Below, piece after piece: positions 1-8,935 of a DNA stretch of 64,000 nt. How positions within the stretch are numbered: position 1 is the stretch's first letter; every line of letters starts with the position of its first letter. The DNA comes from a virus, in IMG/VR virus record IMGVR_UViG_3300037466_002724, positions 1 through 64,000 of that record. One strand, written 5' to 3'. The notes under the pieces are model-generated. The model was not told where the DNA came from and did no database searches. It worked only from the letters and a program-made list of their open reading frames with translations. Position numbers and translations under genes: made by a program.

Positions 1-641
1 GCGATGCCGAAATTGCCGACCTGCGCGCCGCCCTCATCGCCACGGGAGCGAACCTACACACGGCAGTTCGAGAAGCGTGGCGGGCCAACGCGAAGGCTTC
101 TGCCCTTGCTGGCCGTGAGGCTGCACCGCTGGATGACGATGAAGCAACGCGCCTGCGCCGTGTGGTTCGGCTGCTGGGCATGGAGCGCGAGGTCCCCGAG
201 GATGATGCCACGTTGCGTGGTGCGCTGTTTGCAGTTCTCGGGCAGATCGCACGCAAGCTGGAGACCCGCGCCGCACTCGCCCAGCCAGCAGCGCCTGTAG
301 TGGACGGGGAGCTGCCGCCGCTGCCACCGATGGACTGCACTTATGCGGACCATTCGTATCCGGCTTACAAGTGCAAAACTGTTGAAAAGCTCTACAGCGA
401 CTTGGCCGCATGTGTCGCCGCCGCTCGCAGCGCACCAGTGGGCGTGCCGGAGCGAGATACGAAGGACGCCGCACGTTATCGATGGCTGCGCGATGGCGCG
501 TGGCACAACAGCACGCACCCCGAAATCAAGGAGCACCTGATTGCGCATGTGAACCGGGCAGCGCTGGATGCCGCAATTGATGCTGCCATCGCCGCCGCCC
601 CATCGCACACCGAGCCAGCAGGCGGGAAGGATGCCCAATGA
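1..641 (+). CDS. Phage hypothetical protein (5' end uncertain, may begin before the window)
   Basis: Reading frame ends at 641 and overlaps the next ATG (ATGA). Contains 'KDAARYRWLR...LDAAIDAAI', a motif typical of small phage early proteins. Confidence 0.55.
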   Translation, partial: DAEIADLRAALIATGANLHTAVREAWRANAKASALAGREAAPLDDDEATRLRRVVRLLGMEREVPEDDATLRGALFAVLGQIARKLETRAALAQPAAPVVDGELPPLPPMDCTYADHSYPAYKCKTVEKLYSDLAACVAAARSAPVGVPERDTKDAARYRWLRDGAWHNSTHPEIKEHLIAHVNRAALDAAIDAAIAAAPSHTEPAGGKDAQ

Positions 642-756
642 TCCGCGCCCTGCTCAACCTCTGGGCGGCCGTGGCCCAAATCTGGCGCGATGCGCCGTAC
701 TGCAGCGGCGACTGCGGCCAGTCGGACCGGCCGTGCAACTGCGAGACGGGGCGCCG

Positions 757-1167
757 ATGAACTTGGAGTATCCGCTGACCCAGAGGCGGTTGGCGCGCAT
801 CCTGGAGGTCCTGAAAACCGAGGACATGAACATCCACGAGGTCGCGCTGGCGCTGCCGCTGTCGGTGCGCTGGACCAAGCCGTATCTCGACCACCTGGCG
901 GACGGCACGCGCGCGCACGTGGTCCGCTGGGAGCCGTTTGGCGCGAACAACACGCCGATCGCCGTGTACCGCGGCGGGCCCGGAGAGAACGTGCCGAAGC
1001 CGGAGCCGAAGCCGGGCGCGCAGAAGGCCAAGGAGTTCCGTCGACGGCTGCGGCGCGACCCGCTGCGGCGCGACCTCTACCTGGTCAAGCGGCGCGCGCG
1101 CGAGCGGAAGGTGAAGCCTGACCCGCTGGTGGTGGCGCTGTTCGGCATGGAAAAAGCAGCGGCCTGA
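757..1167 (+). CDS. Hypothetical protein, possible winged-HTH DNA-binding protein
   Basis: ATG at 757 is coupled to an upstream 40-codon ORF (638-760). N-terminus RILEVLKTEDMNIHEVALALPLSVRWTKPYL resembles a wHTH; basic C-terminus. Confidence 0.5.
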   Translation: MNLEYPLTQRRLARILEVLKTEDMNIHEVALALPLSVRWTKPYLDHLADGTRAHVVRWEPFGANNTPIAVYRGGPGENVPKPEPKPGAQKAKEFRRRLRRDPLRRDLYLVKRRARERKVKPDPLVVALFGMEKAAA

Positions 1168-1310
1168 GCGAGCGCCGCCCAAAACGCCGCGGTCCGGTTC
1201 AGTACCGCTGCGGAGGGGAATCCGCGAAGAACCCCATGTGAAGATTATTGTCCAGGTCGGTTCGACTGGAATTGATTTGGAGCAGACTGGCGCCCGGCGC
1301 CGACGAAGAT

Positions 1311-1742
1311 ATGGCAGGCAACTCGAAACCCAGAAAGAAAAGGACTAGGCGCGCCACGCCGGCAATTCCGGTGCTGATCGCCACCGATCCGGAGCAGAAC
1401 CGCAACCTGAAACTGATCCCGCACCAGGAGCTGGCCGAGATCCGCGAGGGCCGCGGCACCGAGACCAGCTGGCACACGGTCACCGCGCGCCTGAATTTCG
1501 GCAGCGTGCTGGCGATGCGGCACGAGTTCAGCGAGGATCCTAAGCCAGTGATGAGGGCAGCGCTTGATGCCGTGCGCGCGCTCAAGGCCCGGCACGAGTC
1601 GAGCGGTCGCTACGTGCTGACAGGCGACGAACTCCGGGCGATCGGCGCCGGCCTGACGATGACGGATGACCTGCAGGACGCCACCACGCGGCGGCAGCAC
1701 CGCGACGCACTGCGCATCGTGATGGCCGCCGCGACCGAATAA
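1311..1742 (+). CDS. Hypothetical protein
   Basis: ORF with phage-like codon usage; its TAA stop directly abuts the repeat core at 1743. Confidence 0.6.
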   Translation: MAGNSKPRKKRTRRATPAIPVLIATDPEQNRNLKLIPHQELAEIREGRGTETSWHTVTARLNFGSVLAMRHEFSEDPKPVMRAALDAVRALKARHESSGRYVLTGDELRAIGAGLTMTDDLQDATTRRQHRDALRIVMAAATE

Positions 1743-1834
1743 CCAGACCAGCAATCAGGTGCTCAGCGCAGTCGCGCCGCTGGGATCACACCAATTTTTC
1801 AAGCGCGGCAAATTATTGGGCGCTCATAGGGCGC
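1743..1834 (+). repeat. Bipartite site E1: core CCAGA-N7-TCAGG (1743-1759) + GGGCGC-N5-GGGCGC (1818-1834)
   Basis: Read directly; 58 nt between core and tandem repeat; orientation opposite to the other six copies. Confidence 0.8.
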
Positions 1835-1848
1835 AGAAAGTATAAAAA

Positions 1849-2178
1849 ATGGATCATTTCACCACCAAGAGCAGCGGCCATCTCACCGGCATGATGCAGG
1901 CCAGCGCCATGCCGGCCGCGCAACCTGAAATCAGCGAATTCGAGCGCGAGAGCCAGTCCGTCGAGGCACAGCTCGGGTACCTCGAAGAGCGCATCCAGGT
2001 GCTCAATCGTCGTCTGCAGCCTGTGATCGCGCGAGAAGTGACCGGCGACGCTGGCACCGACAGGGCTTGTCCATCGCCGTCGTCAGAAGTTGGTTCCCAG
2101 CTGCGCGGCTACAGCAACCGCATTGAGTCCGCCGCCGAAACCGTGAACTACCTGCTGAACCAGCTGGTGCTGCCGTAA
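1849..2178 (+). CDS. Hypothetical coiled-coil protein
   Basis: 109-aa ORF followed by an intrinsic terminator. Confidence 0.65.
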   Translation: MDHFTTKSSGHLTGMMQASAMPAAQPEISEFERESQSVEAQLGYLEERIQVLNRRLQPVIAREVTGDAGTDRACPSPSSEVGSQLRGYSNRIESAAETVNYLLNQLVLP

Positions 2179-2202
2179 CCAGGGCCCGTCCATCTCCACC
2201 AA

Positions 2203-2232
2203 GCCGCGCCCGGCAACCGGCGCGGCTTTTTT
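2203..2232 (+). terminator. Rho-independent terminator
   Basis: GCCGCGCC...GGCGCGGC stem followed by TTTTTT. Confidence 0.8.
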
Positions 2233-2239
2233 GTGCCCA

Positions 2240-2320
2240 GTATCAGCGAGTATCAATGAGTCTCACCAGTCTCAATGGTCGTGAGGGTATTTTGAGACCT
2301 GTATTGAGACTGCGCGAGAC
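2240..2320. repeat. Clustered GTMTCA/TGAGAC hexamers upstream of terS (candidate packaging-initiation site)
   Basis: GTATCA at 2240 and 2250; GTCTCA at 2260 and 2269; inverted TGAGAC at 2293 and 2305; CGAGAC at 2315. Confidence 0.55.
2278..2293 (+). promoter_or_regulatory. Late-promoter-like motif GTCGTGA-N4-A-N3-T upstream of terS
   Basis: GTCGTGAgggtAtttT matches the motif found 19 times in the window. Confidence 0.65.
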
Positions 2321-2323
2321 CGC

Positions 2324-2974
2324 ATGCCCCGCCCAAAGGAAGAACAACGAGACGAGATCATCGCCGCCATCCGCCAGCACCTGCTGCTGGTCGGCCCGCG
2401 CGACTACGACCAGCTGATGGCCAAGTACCCTGGCGTCAGCCGGCCGACGTTCTTCCGTTACCTGAAGAAGGCCCGGGAGCTCGAGGAGGCTGCCGCCGCG
2501 GCGCAGAGCCCGGGCGCGCTCAAGATGGCGCAGCAGCGGATCCGCGCCAACGTCGAGCCGGCCGAGAAGGTGCAGGCGAAGATCAAAGCGCACCTGCCGG
2601 CCGCGCCGTCGCCGGCCGTGGTGGCGGCTGACCCGGCCAACTCGGCGCGTGCGTTCCAGTTCTTCGCCTTCTTTAACTCGATCGTCACCGATGCCGAGCT
2701 GCTGCGCGGCACTGCCGTGACCCGCAACGACGACGGCACCGAGAAGGTCCGAAACCCGGCCATGCTCGAGAAGAGCATGCGCGGGCGCCTGGCGATCCTG
2801 GACACGTACCTGCACAGCGTCGAGACCGTCTACAACATGGAGCGCATCCGCGAGCTGTACGACCTGGTGATCGAGGAGGTCGGCAAGGCCTCGCCGGACA
2901 TCCAGATGGCGGTGCTGGCGCGCCTGCGTGAGCTCGACAATAAGCGCGGCTTGACGATGAACGGATCGGTCTGA
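2324..2974 (+). CDS. terS: Terminase small subunit (putative)
   Basis: Directly upstream of and coupled to terL; N-terminal HTH-like segment (YPGVSRPTFFRYLKK); helical, 216 aa. Confidence 0.7.
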   Translation: MPRPKEEQRDEIIAAIRQHLLLVGPRDYDQLMAKYPGVSRPTFFRYLKKARELEEAAAAAQSPGALKMAQQRIRANVEPAEKVQAKIKAHLPAAPSPAVVAADPANSARAFQFFAFFNSIVTDAELLRGTAVTRNDDGTEKVRNPAMLEKSMRGRLAILDTYLHSVETVYNMERIRELYDLVIEEVGKASPDIQMAVLARLRELDNKRGLTMNGSV

Positions 2975-5073
2975 TGGCGTTCGGCCGCAAGAAGCCTGCC
3001 GGCAAGCAGCCGGACCCGTTCGGCTCGATCGGCGAGCTGGTCGCCCGGCTGGAGGCGCGCACCGGGTTCCGCGTCGACACCAGCGAGATCGGCGACAAGT
3101 CGTTCATCGAGTGGTGCGAGTACCTGGCGACGAAGGGCCTCAAGGTGGACGGCAAGCCGTTCCGCTTGGACGACCGGCCGGCGCTGCGCCCGATCTACGA
3201 GGCCATCCCCAGCACCCGCGAGGAGGCCAAGGACGCGATGCTGATCGCCATGAAGGCGACCCAGCTGGGCCTGACCGTCTGGGAGGTCCTGGCCAACATC
3301 TACATGGCCACGAAGTGGGAGCCGGTGTCGATCGGCATGTTCATGCCGTCGATGACGACCGCCATCCACAAGTCCGAGCACCGCTTCATGCGCATGGTCC
3401 GCTCGGCGCCCGACCTGTACAAGCTGCTGGTCAACGGGCGCGACGCCGAGGGCAACGCCCAGAAGGTGGGCGAGGGCAACGTCCTGACCCGTAAGGTCGG
3501 CGAGTCGCTGCTGCTATTCCTCTGGACCACCGGCAAGGTGACCACCGAATCGGTGCCGATGGACGTCGTCACGCTGGACGAGGTGCAGGAGATGGCGCTG
3601 GACCACATCGACAAGGTCCGGGCCCGTATGGGCGACTCGGAGGTCGCCTTCACGCTGATGCTGTCCACAGCCAACATGCCGGACCTGGACATCCATTTCT
3701 GGTATCTCGAGGGCACGCAAGAGGTCTGGCACACCGAGTGCCCGCACTGCAAGGCCATGTCGGACCTGTCGGACCCGGCCGGCGTCTTCCCGGACAAGTC
3801 GATCGGCTACAACACCGGCCAGCACGCCGGCGCGCCGATGAACGAGTACGTCTGGACCTGCCCGAGCTGCAAGGGATGGATCGAGGATCCGCAGATCGGC
3901 CGCTACATTGTCACCAACCCGGGCGCGAACCCGAAGCACCGCAGTTTCCTGCTGCCGCGCACAATCAGCCCGAAGATGACCCCGCGGAAGATGATCGAGG
4001 CCTGGCGCCGGGCGAAGACCGGCAACCAGAAGAAGAGCTTCTACAACCGGACCCTGGCGCGGCCGTACATCGACGCCGACCAGCTGCCGGTGACCATGGC
4101 ACATTGTATTGCCGCCATGCAGGCCGGCATCGCCGCCGGCATCCAGTGGGAGACGAAGCACGACCGCGTCAGCAGCTATTTCATGGGCATCGACCAGATG
4201 GGCAGCTTCAACGCCGTCATCGTCAAGAAGCGCCTGCCCAACGGGCAGCAGGCCGTCGTGCACGTGGAGGCTGTATTCGACAATGACCCGTTCGAGCGCT
4301 GCAGCGAGCTCATGGGCATCTTCAAGGTCTCCGTCTGCGTGGTCGAGCAGCTGCCGAACGTGAACGACGCGCGCCGGTTCGCGAACCGCCACCCGGGCCG
4401 CGTGTTCCTGGCCGGCTACGCGGACCTGCGCGACGACCAGATGGTCTGGGGCGACGACCTATCGAAGTCGGACCGGCGCACCAGCGAAGAGGACCGATCG
4501 CGCTACACTGTCACGCTGAACCAGTACAAGTGCATGCAGACATCGCTGTACCGCATCCGCGACGGTCACTGCATTTTCCCGAACGCCGACGACCTGGTGC
4601 AGGAGGTGGTCGAGAACGGCGAGCGCAAGCGGATCCCGCTGCTGCGCGACTGGGTTTTCGTCCACTACACGAAGACGGCGCTGGTGGTCGACGACGGCTC
4701 GGAGACCGTGAGCGGCAAGCCGAAAAAGGACATCGAGGCGCGCAAGCTGCGCATGAAGGTGCTCAAGGTCGGCATCGACCCGCACTACAGTTACGCGAAC
4801 ATGCTGTGCGACGTCGCCTGGGCGCGATCGCACGGCACGACATCCTTCATCCTGCCCGACACCGCCGCTACAGGAGCGCCCGTGATCCAACCCGAAGACA
4901 TCGGCGCCGCGCCGGTCATCAACGCCGTGCACGAGCTGCGCCAGGAGCTGACCGGCGACCGCTGCGGCGGCTGCGCGAACTACGACGAGACCGACAACAT
5001 GTGCATGGAACGCTGGTTCAAGGTGCGGGCTGAGGACCTGGGCTGCCCGATGTTCATCCGGGCCGAGTCGTGA
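2974..5073 (+). CDS. terL: Terminase large subunit, lambda GpA-like family
   Basis: Walker A-like KATQLGLT, Walker B VTLDEVQEM, CPHC/CPSC zinc finger, nuclease motif MGIDQMG; 699 aa. Confidence 0.88.
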   Translation: MAFGRKKPAGKQPDPFGSIGELVARLEARTGFRVDTSEIGDKSFIEWCEYLATKGLKVDGKPFRLDDRPALRPIYEAIPSTREEAKDAMLIAMKATQLGLTVWEVLANIYMATKWEPVSIGMFMPSMTTAIHKSEHRFMRMVRSAPDLYKLLVNGRDAEGNAQKVGEGNVLTRKVGESLLLFLWTTGKVTTESVPMDVVTLDEVQEMALDHIDKVRARMGDSEVAFTLMLSTANMPDLDIHFWYLEGTQEVWHTECPHCKAMSDLSDPAGVFPDKSIGYNTGQHAGAPMNEYVWTCPSCKGWIEDPQIGRYIVTNPGANPKHRSFLLPRTISPKMTPRKMIEAWRRAKTGNQKKSFYNRTLARPYIDADQLPVTMAHCIAAMQAGIAAGIQWETKHDRVSSYFMGIDQMGSFNAVIVKKRLPNGQQAVVHVEAVFDNDPFERCSELMGIFKVSVCVVEQLPNVNDARRFANRHPGRVFLAGYADLRDDQMVWGDDLSKSDRRTSEEDRSRYTVTLNQYKCMQTSLYRIRDGHCIFPNADDLVQEVVENGERKRIPLLRDWVFVHYTKTALVVDDGSETVSGKPKKDIEARKLRMKVLKVGIDPHYSYANMLCDVAWARSHGTTSFILPDTAATGAPVIQPEDIGAAPVINAVHELRQELTGDRCGGCANYDETDNMCMERWFKVRAEDLGCPMFIRAES

Positions 5074-5082
5074 TGCCAGACT
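5067..5082 (+). promoter_or_regulatory. Late-promoter-like motif overlapping the terL stop codon
   Basis: GTCGTGAtgccAgacT. Confidence 0.55.
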
Positions 5083-5167
5083 GAGGGCTCTTTGGCAGGG
5101 ACCTATTGACCCGATCAACCAGCCTGGAGGCGAGATGATGAAGAGCGAAGGCATCGGCGGCGCTTAA

Positions 5168-5266
5168 GCGCCCGAACAGCGCCCGGCATGCGCCAGCAGT
5201 CGGGCGTTTTCCTTTCTGGGCAGGGACTTGCGCGCGCAGATGCCCAGATGGGCTATCAGGGTGTCA
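5168..5266 (-). repeat. Bipartite site E2
   Basis: GCGCCC-gaaca-GCGCCC at 5168-5184; core CCAGA-tgggcta-TCAGGgtgTCA at 5244-5266; 59 nt gap. Confidence 0.8.
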
Positions 5267-5564
5267 GGCCTCCAAACTCGCGCTCAAGATCAGCATCAGA
5301 GATACCCATCTGGTCGCAATATCCTTTGCAGTAGCGCTTCCCATTCCACCCACAAGGGAATGCAGTTTTAACCCGCTCTGAATGTGGCCATTGCTGGATG
5401 TCTAGCGATTCAGAGTCTGGTTCAAAATGTGCTGAGGGGCAGTTCCGGCAAGCAACCTTATGGCGGCGCGGCTCTGCGGGTTGATCGTCATAGATTGGTG
5501 CAAGGATCTTTATTTGTTTGGACTTCATAGAGATCGGCTTCAGCATCCAGCGTTGACTCAGCAT
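5256..5564 (-). CDS. Cys-rich hypothetical protein, lower GC
   Basis: CRNCP...FPCGW...YCKGYC pattern; start and stop codons both fall inside repeat cores. Confidence 0.55.
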   Translation of the reverse strand: MLSQRWMLKPISMKSKQIKILAPIYDDQPAEPRRHKVACRNCPSAHFEPDSESLDIQQWPHSERVKTAFPCGWNGKRYCKGYCDQMGISDADLEREFGGLTP

Positions 5565-5571
5565 CTGGGTG

Positions 5572-5988
5572 TCACAGCGTCTTGTAATTCGTCATCCAGT
5601 TCTCGAACTGCTGCTTCGCGTGGACGGTCTGAAAGTACGCCATCTCGCCCTCGATCCAGCCGCCGAGCTCAGCAACCTTCTTGCGGAACACGTCGAACGG
5701 GATACCGGGCTGATCGCTCTCGGCGGCCTGCGCCCGGCTGATTGCTTCGCGGATTGCGGCCGTCAGCTTTGACGCCACGCCTTGCGGAACCACGCGGAGG
5801 CTCGGATAGGCCTCGACGAAGATGAGCTCTGAATTCGGGTACGTGCTGACGTAATACGACTTCGCGGGTTTAGAGCCGACCGCCGGGAAGTCAACAATCC
5901 AACGGGTCTTGCAGTTGGCGACATAGTCGATGCGTGCCGACGGAATCGGGCCAGCTAATACTTTTTCCAGCGAGGCAGTGGCATTCAT
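5572..5988 (-). CDS. Hypothetical protein
   Basis: GGAG RBS and an upstream extended -10 (TGATACACT on the minus strand, ~6020-6028); stop TGA is part of TGACACCCAGA. Confidence 0.65.
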   Translation of the reverse strand: MNATASLEKVLAGPIPSARIDYVANCKTRWIVDFPAVGSKPAKSYYVSTYPNSELIFVEAYPSLRVVPQGVASKLTAAIREAISRAQAAESDQPGIPFDVFRKKVAELGGWIEGEMAYFQTVHAKQQFENWMTNYKTL

Positions 5989-6055
5989 AAACCCTCCAGT
6001 AGAATTGATCTGATGTACACAGTGTATCAGAAATGATTAAGCTGGTGTGTTGTTT

Positions 6056-6949
6056 TTACGCTGCGAACAGGTCTGCTTGCGCTACCGCTGCACTTGCTTT
6101 CGCCTCAGCCTCATCGCGCGCCTTGATGGCGGCCGCCAGGCGATCGTTGGCCACGTGGATATAGTCCGGATTGAGCTCGGTTCCGACGTACTGCCGACCG
6201 TGCTGGATCGCGACGGCGCCCGTAGTGCCGCTTCCGTTGAATGGGTCGAGCACGGTGTCTCCTGGCCGGCTGCCGGCGAGAATGCACGGCTCGACCAGGT
6301 CGGGAGGGAACACGGCGAAGTGCGCGCCTTTGAACGGCCTGGTGTTGATGTTCCAGACGCTGCGCCTGTTGCGCGTGTCGCTGCCAGTAAAAACGCTGCC
6401 GTCGCTGTGCATCGTGGTGGCGCCGGTGTGCTTGTTGCCGCCGATGCGGTCGGCGCGCACGCGTCCAGCCTGAACGGCCGGCTCCTGGAACGCTTCGCTG
6501 TTGAACAGATACTTCTGCTTCTTCGCCAGCAGGAACAGATACTCGTGGGACGTCGTGCACCGGTCCGTCACCGGTTGTGGCATGGCGTTCGGCTTGTTCC
6601 AGACGATGTCCTGACGCAGCACCCAGCCGTCGTCCTGGAGAGCGATCGCCAGGCGTGCCGGCACCATCAGCAGCTGCTTGCCCTTGCCGTAGCTGTCGCC
6701 GATGTTGATCCAGAGTGTCCCGTCGTCCGCGAGCACCCGGCGCACCTCCCTGAACACGTCGACCAGCTTCGATACGAATTCCGCCGGCGACTGCTCAAGC
6801 CCGATCTGTCCATCGTGGCCGTAGTCGCGCAAGCCAAAATACGGCGGAGAGGTGACACACATCTGCGCCGACTTATCCTGCAGCTCCTTCATCCTGGTAA
6901 TGCAATCGCCGATGAGCACCTGCGCGCCCGGCAAAATGAGATCGTTCAT
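6056..6949 (-). CDS. DNA methyltransferase, N4-cytosine/N6-adenine beta class
   Basis: Catalytic TSPPY, WINIGDSY, HFAVFP and SAM-binding VLDPFNGSGTTG motifs. Confidence 0.92.
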   Translation of the reverse strand: MNDLILPGAQVLIGDCITRMKELQDKSAQMCVTSPPYFGLRDYGHDGQIGLEQSPAEFVSKLVDVFREVRRVLADDGTLWINIGDSYGKGKQLLMVPARLAIALQDDGWVLRQDIVWNKPNAMPQPVTDRCTTSHEYLFLLAKKQKYLFNSEAFQEPAVQAGRVRADRIGGNKHTGATTMHSDGSVFTGSDTRNRRSVWNINTRPFKGAHFAVFPPDLVEPCILAGSRPGDTVLDPFNGSGTTGAVAIQHGRQYVGTELNPDYIHVANDRLAAAIKARDEAEAKASAAVAQADLFAA

Positions 6950-7083
6950 AAGGTAGTGCCAGGTTGTTTCCCGGCTGTTGAGGTTGATGTCACGTATTAT
7001 AATTGATTAACAGCAAGCTGTGTAAAGGAATGATCTTGCGGGATGTGGCGTGTTGCTTTCGCGCCATGCGGCTGCGCGCGCCT

Positions 7084-7173
7084 GCGCCCTATCGGCGCCC
7101 GAACACCATCGCGTTCTGGCGAGCTCATAGGAGAAACCGCGCCAGCTCCACCAGATTCAGCATCTGGGTGTCA
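7084..7173 (-). repeat. Bipartite site E3
   Basis: GCGCCC-tatcg-GCGCCC at 7084-7100; core CCAGA-ttcagca-TCTGGgtgTCA at 7151-7173; 50 nt gap. Confidence 0.75.
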
Positions 7174-7923
7174 GGCGGCCTTCGCTGGCATGGCGAGCTC
7201 GTAAGCTGCCGCGATCCTAGCCTCCGCCGTCGCGAAGTGTGCAGGATCATCCTCCATGCCGATGAACTGGCGGCCAGTGCGCGCGCATGCGGCGCCGGTT
7301 GTGCCGCTGCCCATGGTGAAGTCCAGCACCACCTGGCCGGGATTCGTGTAGGTCAGCACCAGGTATTCCATCAGCGCCAACGGCTTCTGGGTCGGGTGCA
7401 GCTTGCTGCGCTGCTTGTCGCTTGAGAAGAACTGGACGCTGCGCGGGTAGCGGCTGGTCGAGTCGTACACCGTCAGCTGCTTTCCTTCACCGTAGCACTC
7501 GCTGCCGACCGTCTTGCGCTTCGTGGTCTTGCGGGCGTGGCCGTGCGTCATCTGCGGGTTGTACGTCGGCGAGCCAGCGCAGAACACGAGCACCGACTCG
7601 TGCGCGCGGAGAGGCGCCCGCTTCGCATTCAGGAAGCCGCTGGCGTTCCCCTTCTCCCATACCCAGTCGTGCCGGAACCATCGTGGATTGCTCATCACCA
7701 GGGCGCTGGTGAATGGCTGGCTGGCGGTGAACACGATGGCGCCGCCCGGCTTCACGATGCGGCGCAACTGCTCCCACATCTGTTCGAGGTCGATCACGGA
7801 ATCCCATGCGTTGCGAGTTGTGCCGTAGGGTGGGTCGGCAATTACCGCGTCGACGCTGGCGGCCGGCATGGTGCGCATCACATCGAGGCAGTCGCCAAGA
7901 TGCAGGGTATAGGGTCTCGTCAT
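7171..7923 (-). CDS. DNA methyltransferase, N6-adenine beta class
   Basis: DPPYG, HPTQKP and VLDFTMGSGTTG motifs. Likely start is the ATG at 7923 (MTRPYTLHLGDCL), 7 nt after a late-type motif. Confidence 0.92.
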   Translation of the reverse strand: MTRPYTLHLGDCLDVMRTMPAASVDAVIADPPYGTTRNAWDSVIDLEQMWEQLRRIVKPGGAIVFTASQPFTSALVMSNPRWFRHDWVWEKGNASGFLNAKRAPLRAHESVLVFCAGSPTYNPQMTHGHARKTTKRKTVGSECYGEGKQLTVYDSTSRYPRSVQFFSSDKQRSKLHPTQKPLALMEYLVLTYTNPGQVVLDFTMGSGTTGAACARTGRQFIGMEDDPAHFATAEARIAAAYELAMPAKAA

Positions 7924-7986
7924 AGAAAGTAGTGGAACGTCACGCCCGGCGCGCGGCCGGAGAAAACGCGTGTAATTCAGTGAACT

Positions 7987-8084
7987 GCGCCCGATCGGCG
8001 CCCCAATTCGCATTGTGATGCGTCAAGGCATTGTATCAGAAAAGATAAATCCAATGGGCAACCTGACTTTAAGTCTGGGCCTCA
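7987..8084 (-). repeat. Bipartite site E4
   Basis: GCGCCC-gatcg-GCGCCC at 7987-8003; core CCTGA-ctttaag-TCTGGgccTCA at 8062-8084; 58 nt gap. Confidence 0.8.
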
Positions 8085-8162
8085 ACATTACGTAATGTCG
8101 CCGCCAGGCGACGGCGCAGGGTCGTGACCGAACAGTGAAGGCTCCACAACCAAGGAGCCGAC

Positions 8163-8891
8163 ATGCGCCGCTACCACTGGAGGCCGGACCTCCCCGATCA
8201 CCGCGACTTTCTATATTCCCTGCACCAGCCGGCCGCGACCGCGCTGCCGCAGCAGGTTGACCTGCGCGCGCACTGCCCGCCGGTCGTCGACCAGGGCCAG
8301 CTCGGCAGCTGCACCGCGAACGCGCTGGCCGGCGCCATGGGCTTCATCCATCCCGGCGCGCCGGCGTTCTCGCGCCTGTTCGTCTACTACAACGAGCGCG
8401 CGATCGAGGGCACGATCGGCCAGGACGCGGGCGCCATGATCCGCGACGGCGTCAAGTCGCTGGCCAACCAGGGTGTCTGCCCGGAGACCGACTGCCCGTA
8501 CAACATCGCCCGCTTCACCCGCAAGCCGACCAAGAAGGCCTACAGCGACGCGCTCAAGACGAAGGCCACGTCCTACCTGCGCCTGGTCACGCTCGACGAC
8601 ATGCTGCAGTGCCTGGCGGCCGGCTTCCCGTTCGTGTTCGGCTTCACGGTCTACGATGCGTTCGAGTCCGAGGCCGTGGCCAAGACCGGCGTGCTGAACA
8701 TGCCGGGCAAGGGCGAAAAGGTCCTCGGCGGGCACGCGGTGATGGCGGTCGGTTACGACATGGCGGCGCGCCGGCTGATCGTGCGCAACAGCTGGGGCGC
8801 CGACTGGGGTCAGGCGGGCTACTTCACCATGCCGTTCGACTACATCACGCACCGCGGCCTGTCCGACGACTTCTGGACGCTGCGCGCCTGA
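8163..8891 (+). CDS. Papain-like cysteine protease (peptidase C1)
   Basis: VDLR...VVDQGQLGSCTANA (catalytic Cys), GGHAVMAVGY (His), IVRNSWGADWG (Asn). AAGGAG RBS; late motif at 8121-8136. Confidence 0.92.
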   Translation: MRRYHWRPDLPDHRDFLYSLHQPAATALPQQVDLRAHCPPVVDQGQLGSCTANALAGAMGFIHPGAPAFSRLFVYYNERAIEGTIGQDAGAMIRDGVKSLANQGVCPETDCPYNIARFTRKPTKKAYSDALKTKATSYLRLVTLDDMLQCLAAGFPFVFGFTVYDAFESEAVAKTGVLNMPGKGEKVLGGHAVMAVGYDMAARRLIVRNSWGADWGQAGYFTMPFDYITHRGLSDDFWTLRA

Positions 8892-8935
8892 TCCCAGGTA
8901 AGGCCATGGCGCCGTCGTGAACCGATACTGGCGCC

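Noticed and set aside
6047-7006. 319-aa plus-strand ORF
   Set aside because: Shadow of the minus-strand methyltransferase, which has full catalytic motifs.
8887-8903. CCTGA-N7-TAAGG core-like sequence at the protease stop codon
   Set aside because: Mismatched arm and no tandem GGGCGC partner at ~59 nt; may be chance or a decayed site.
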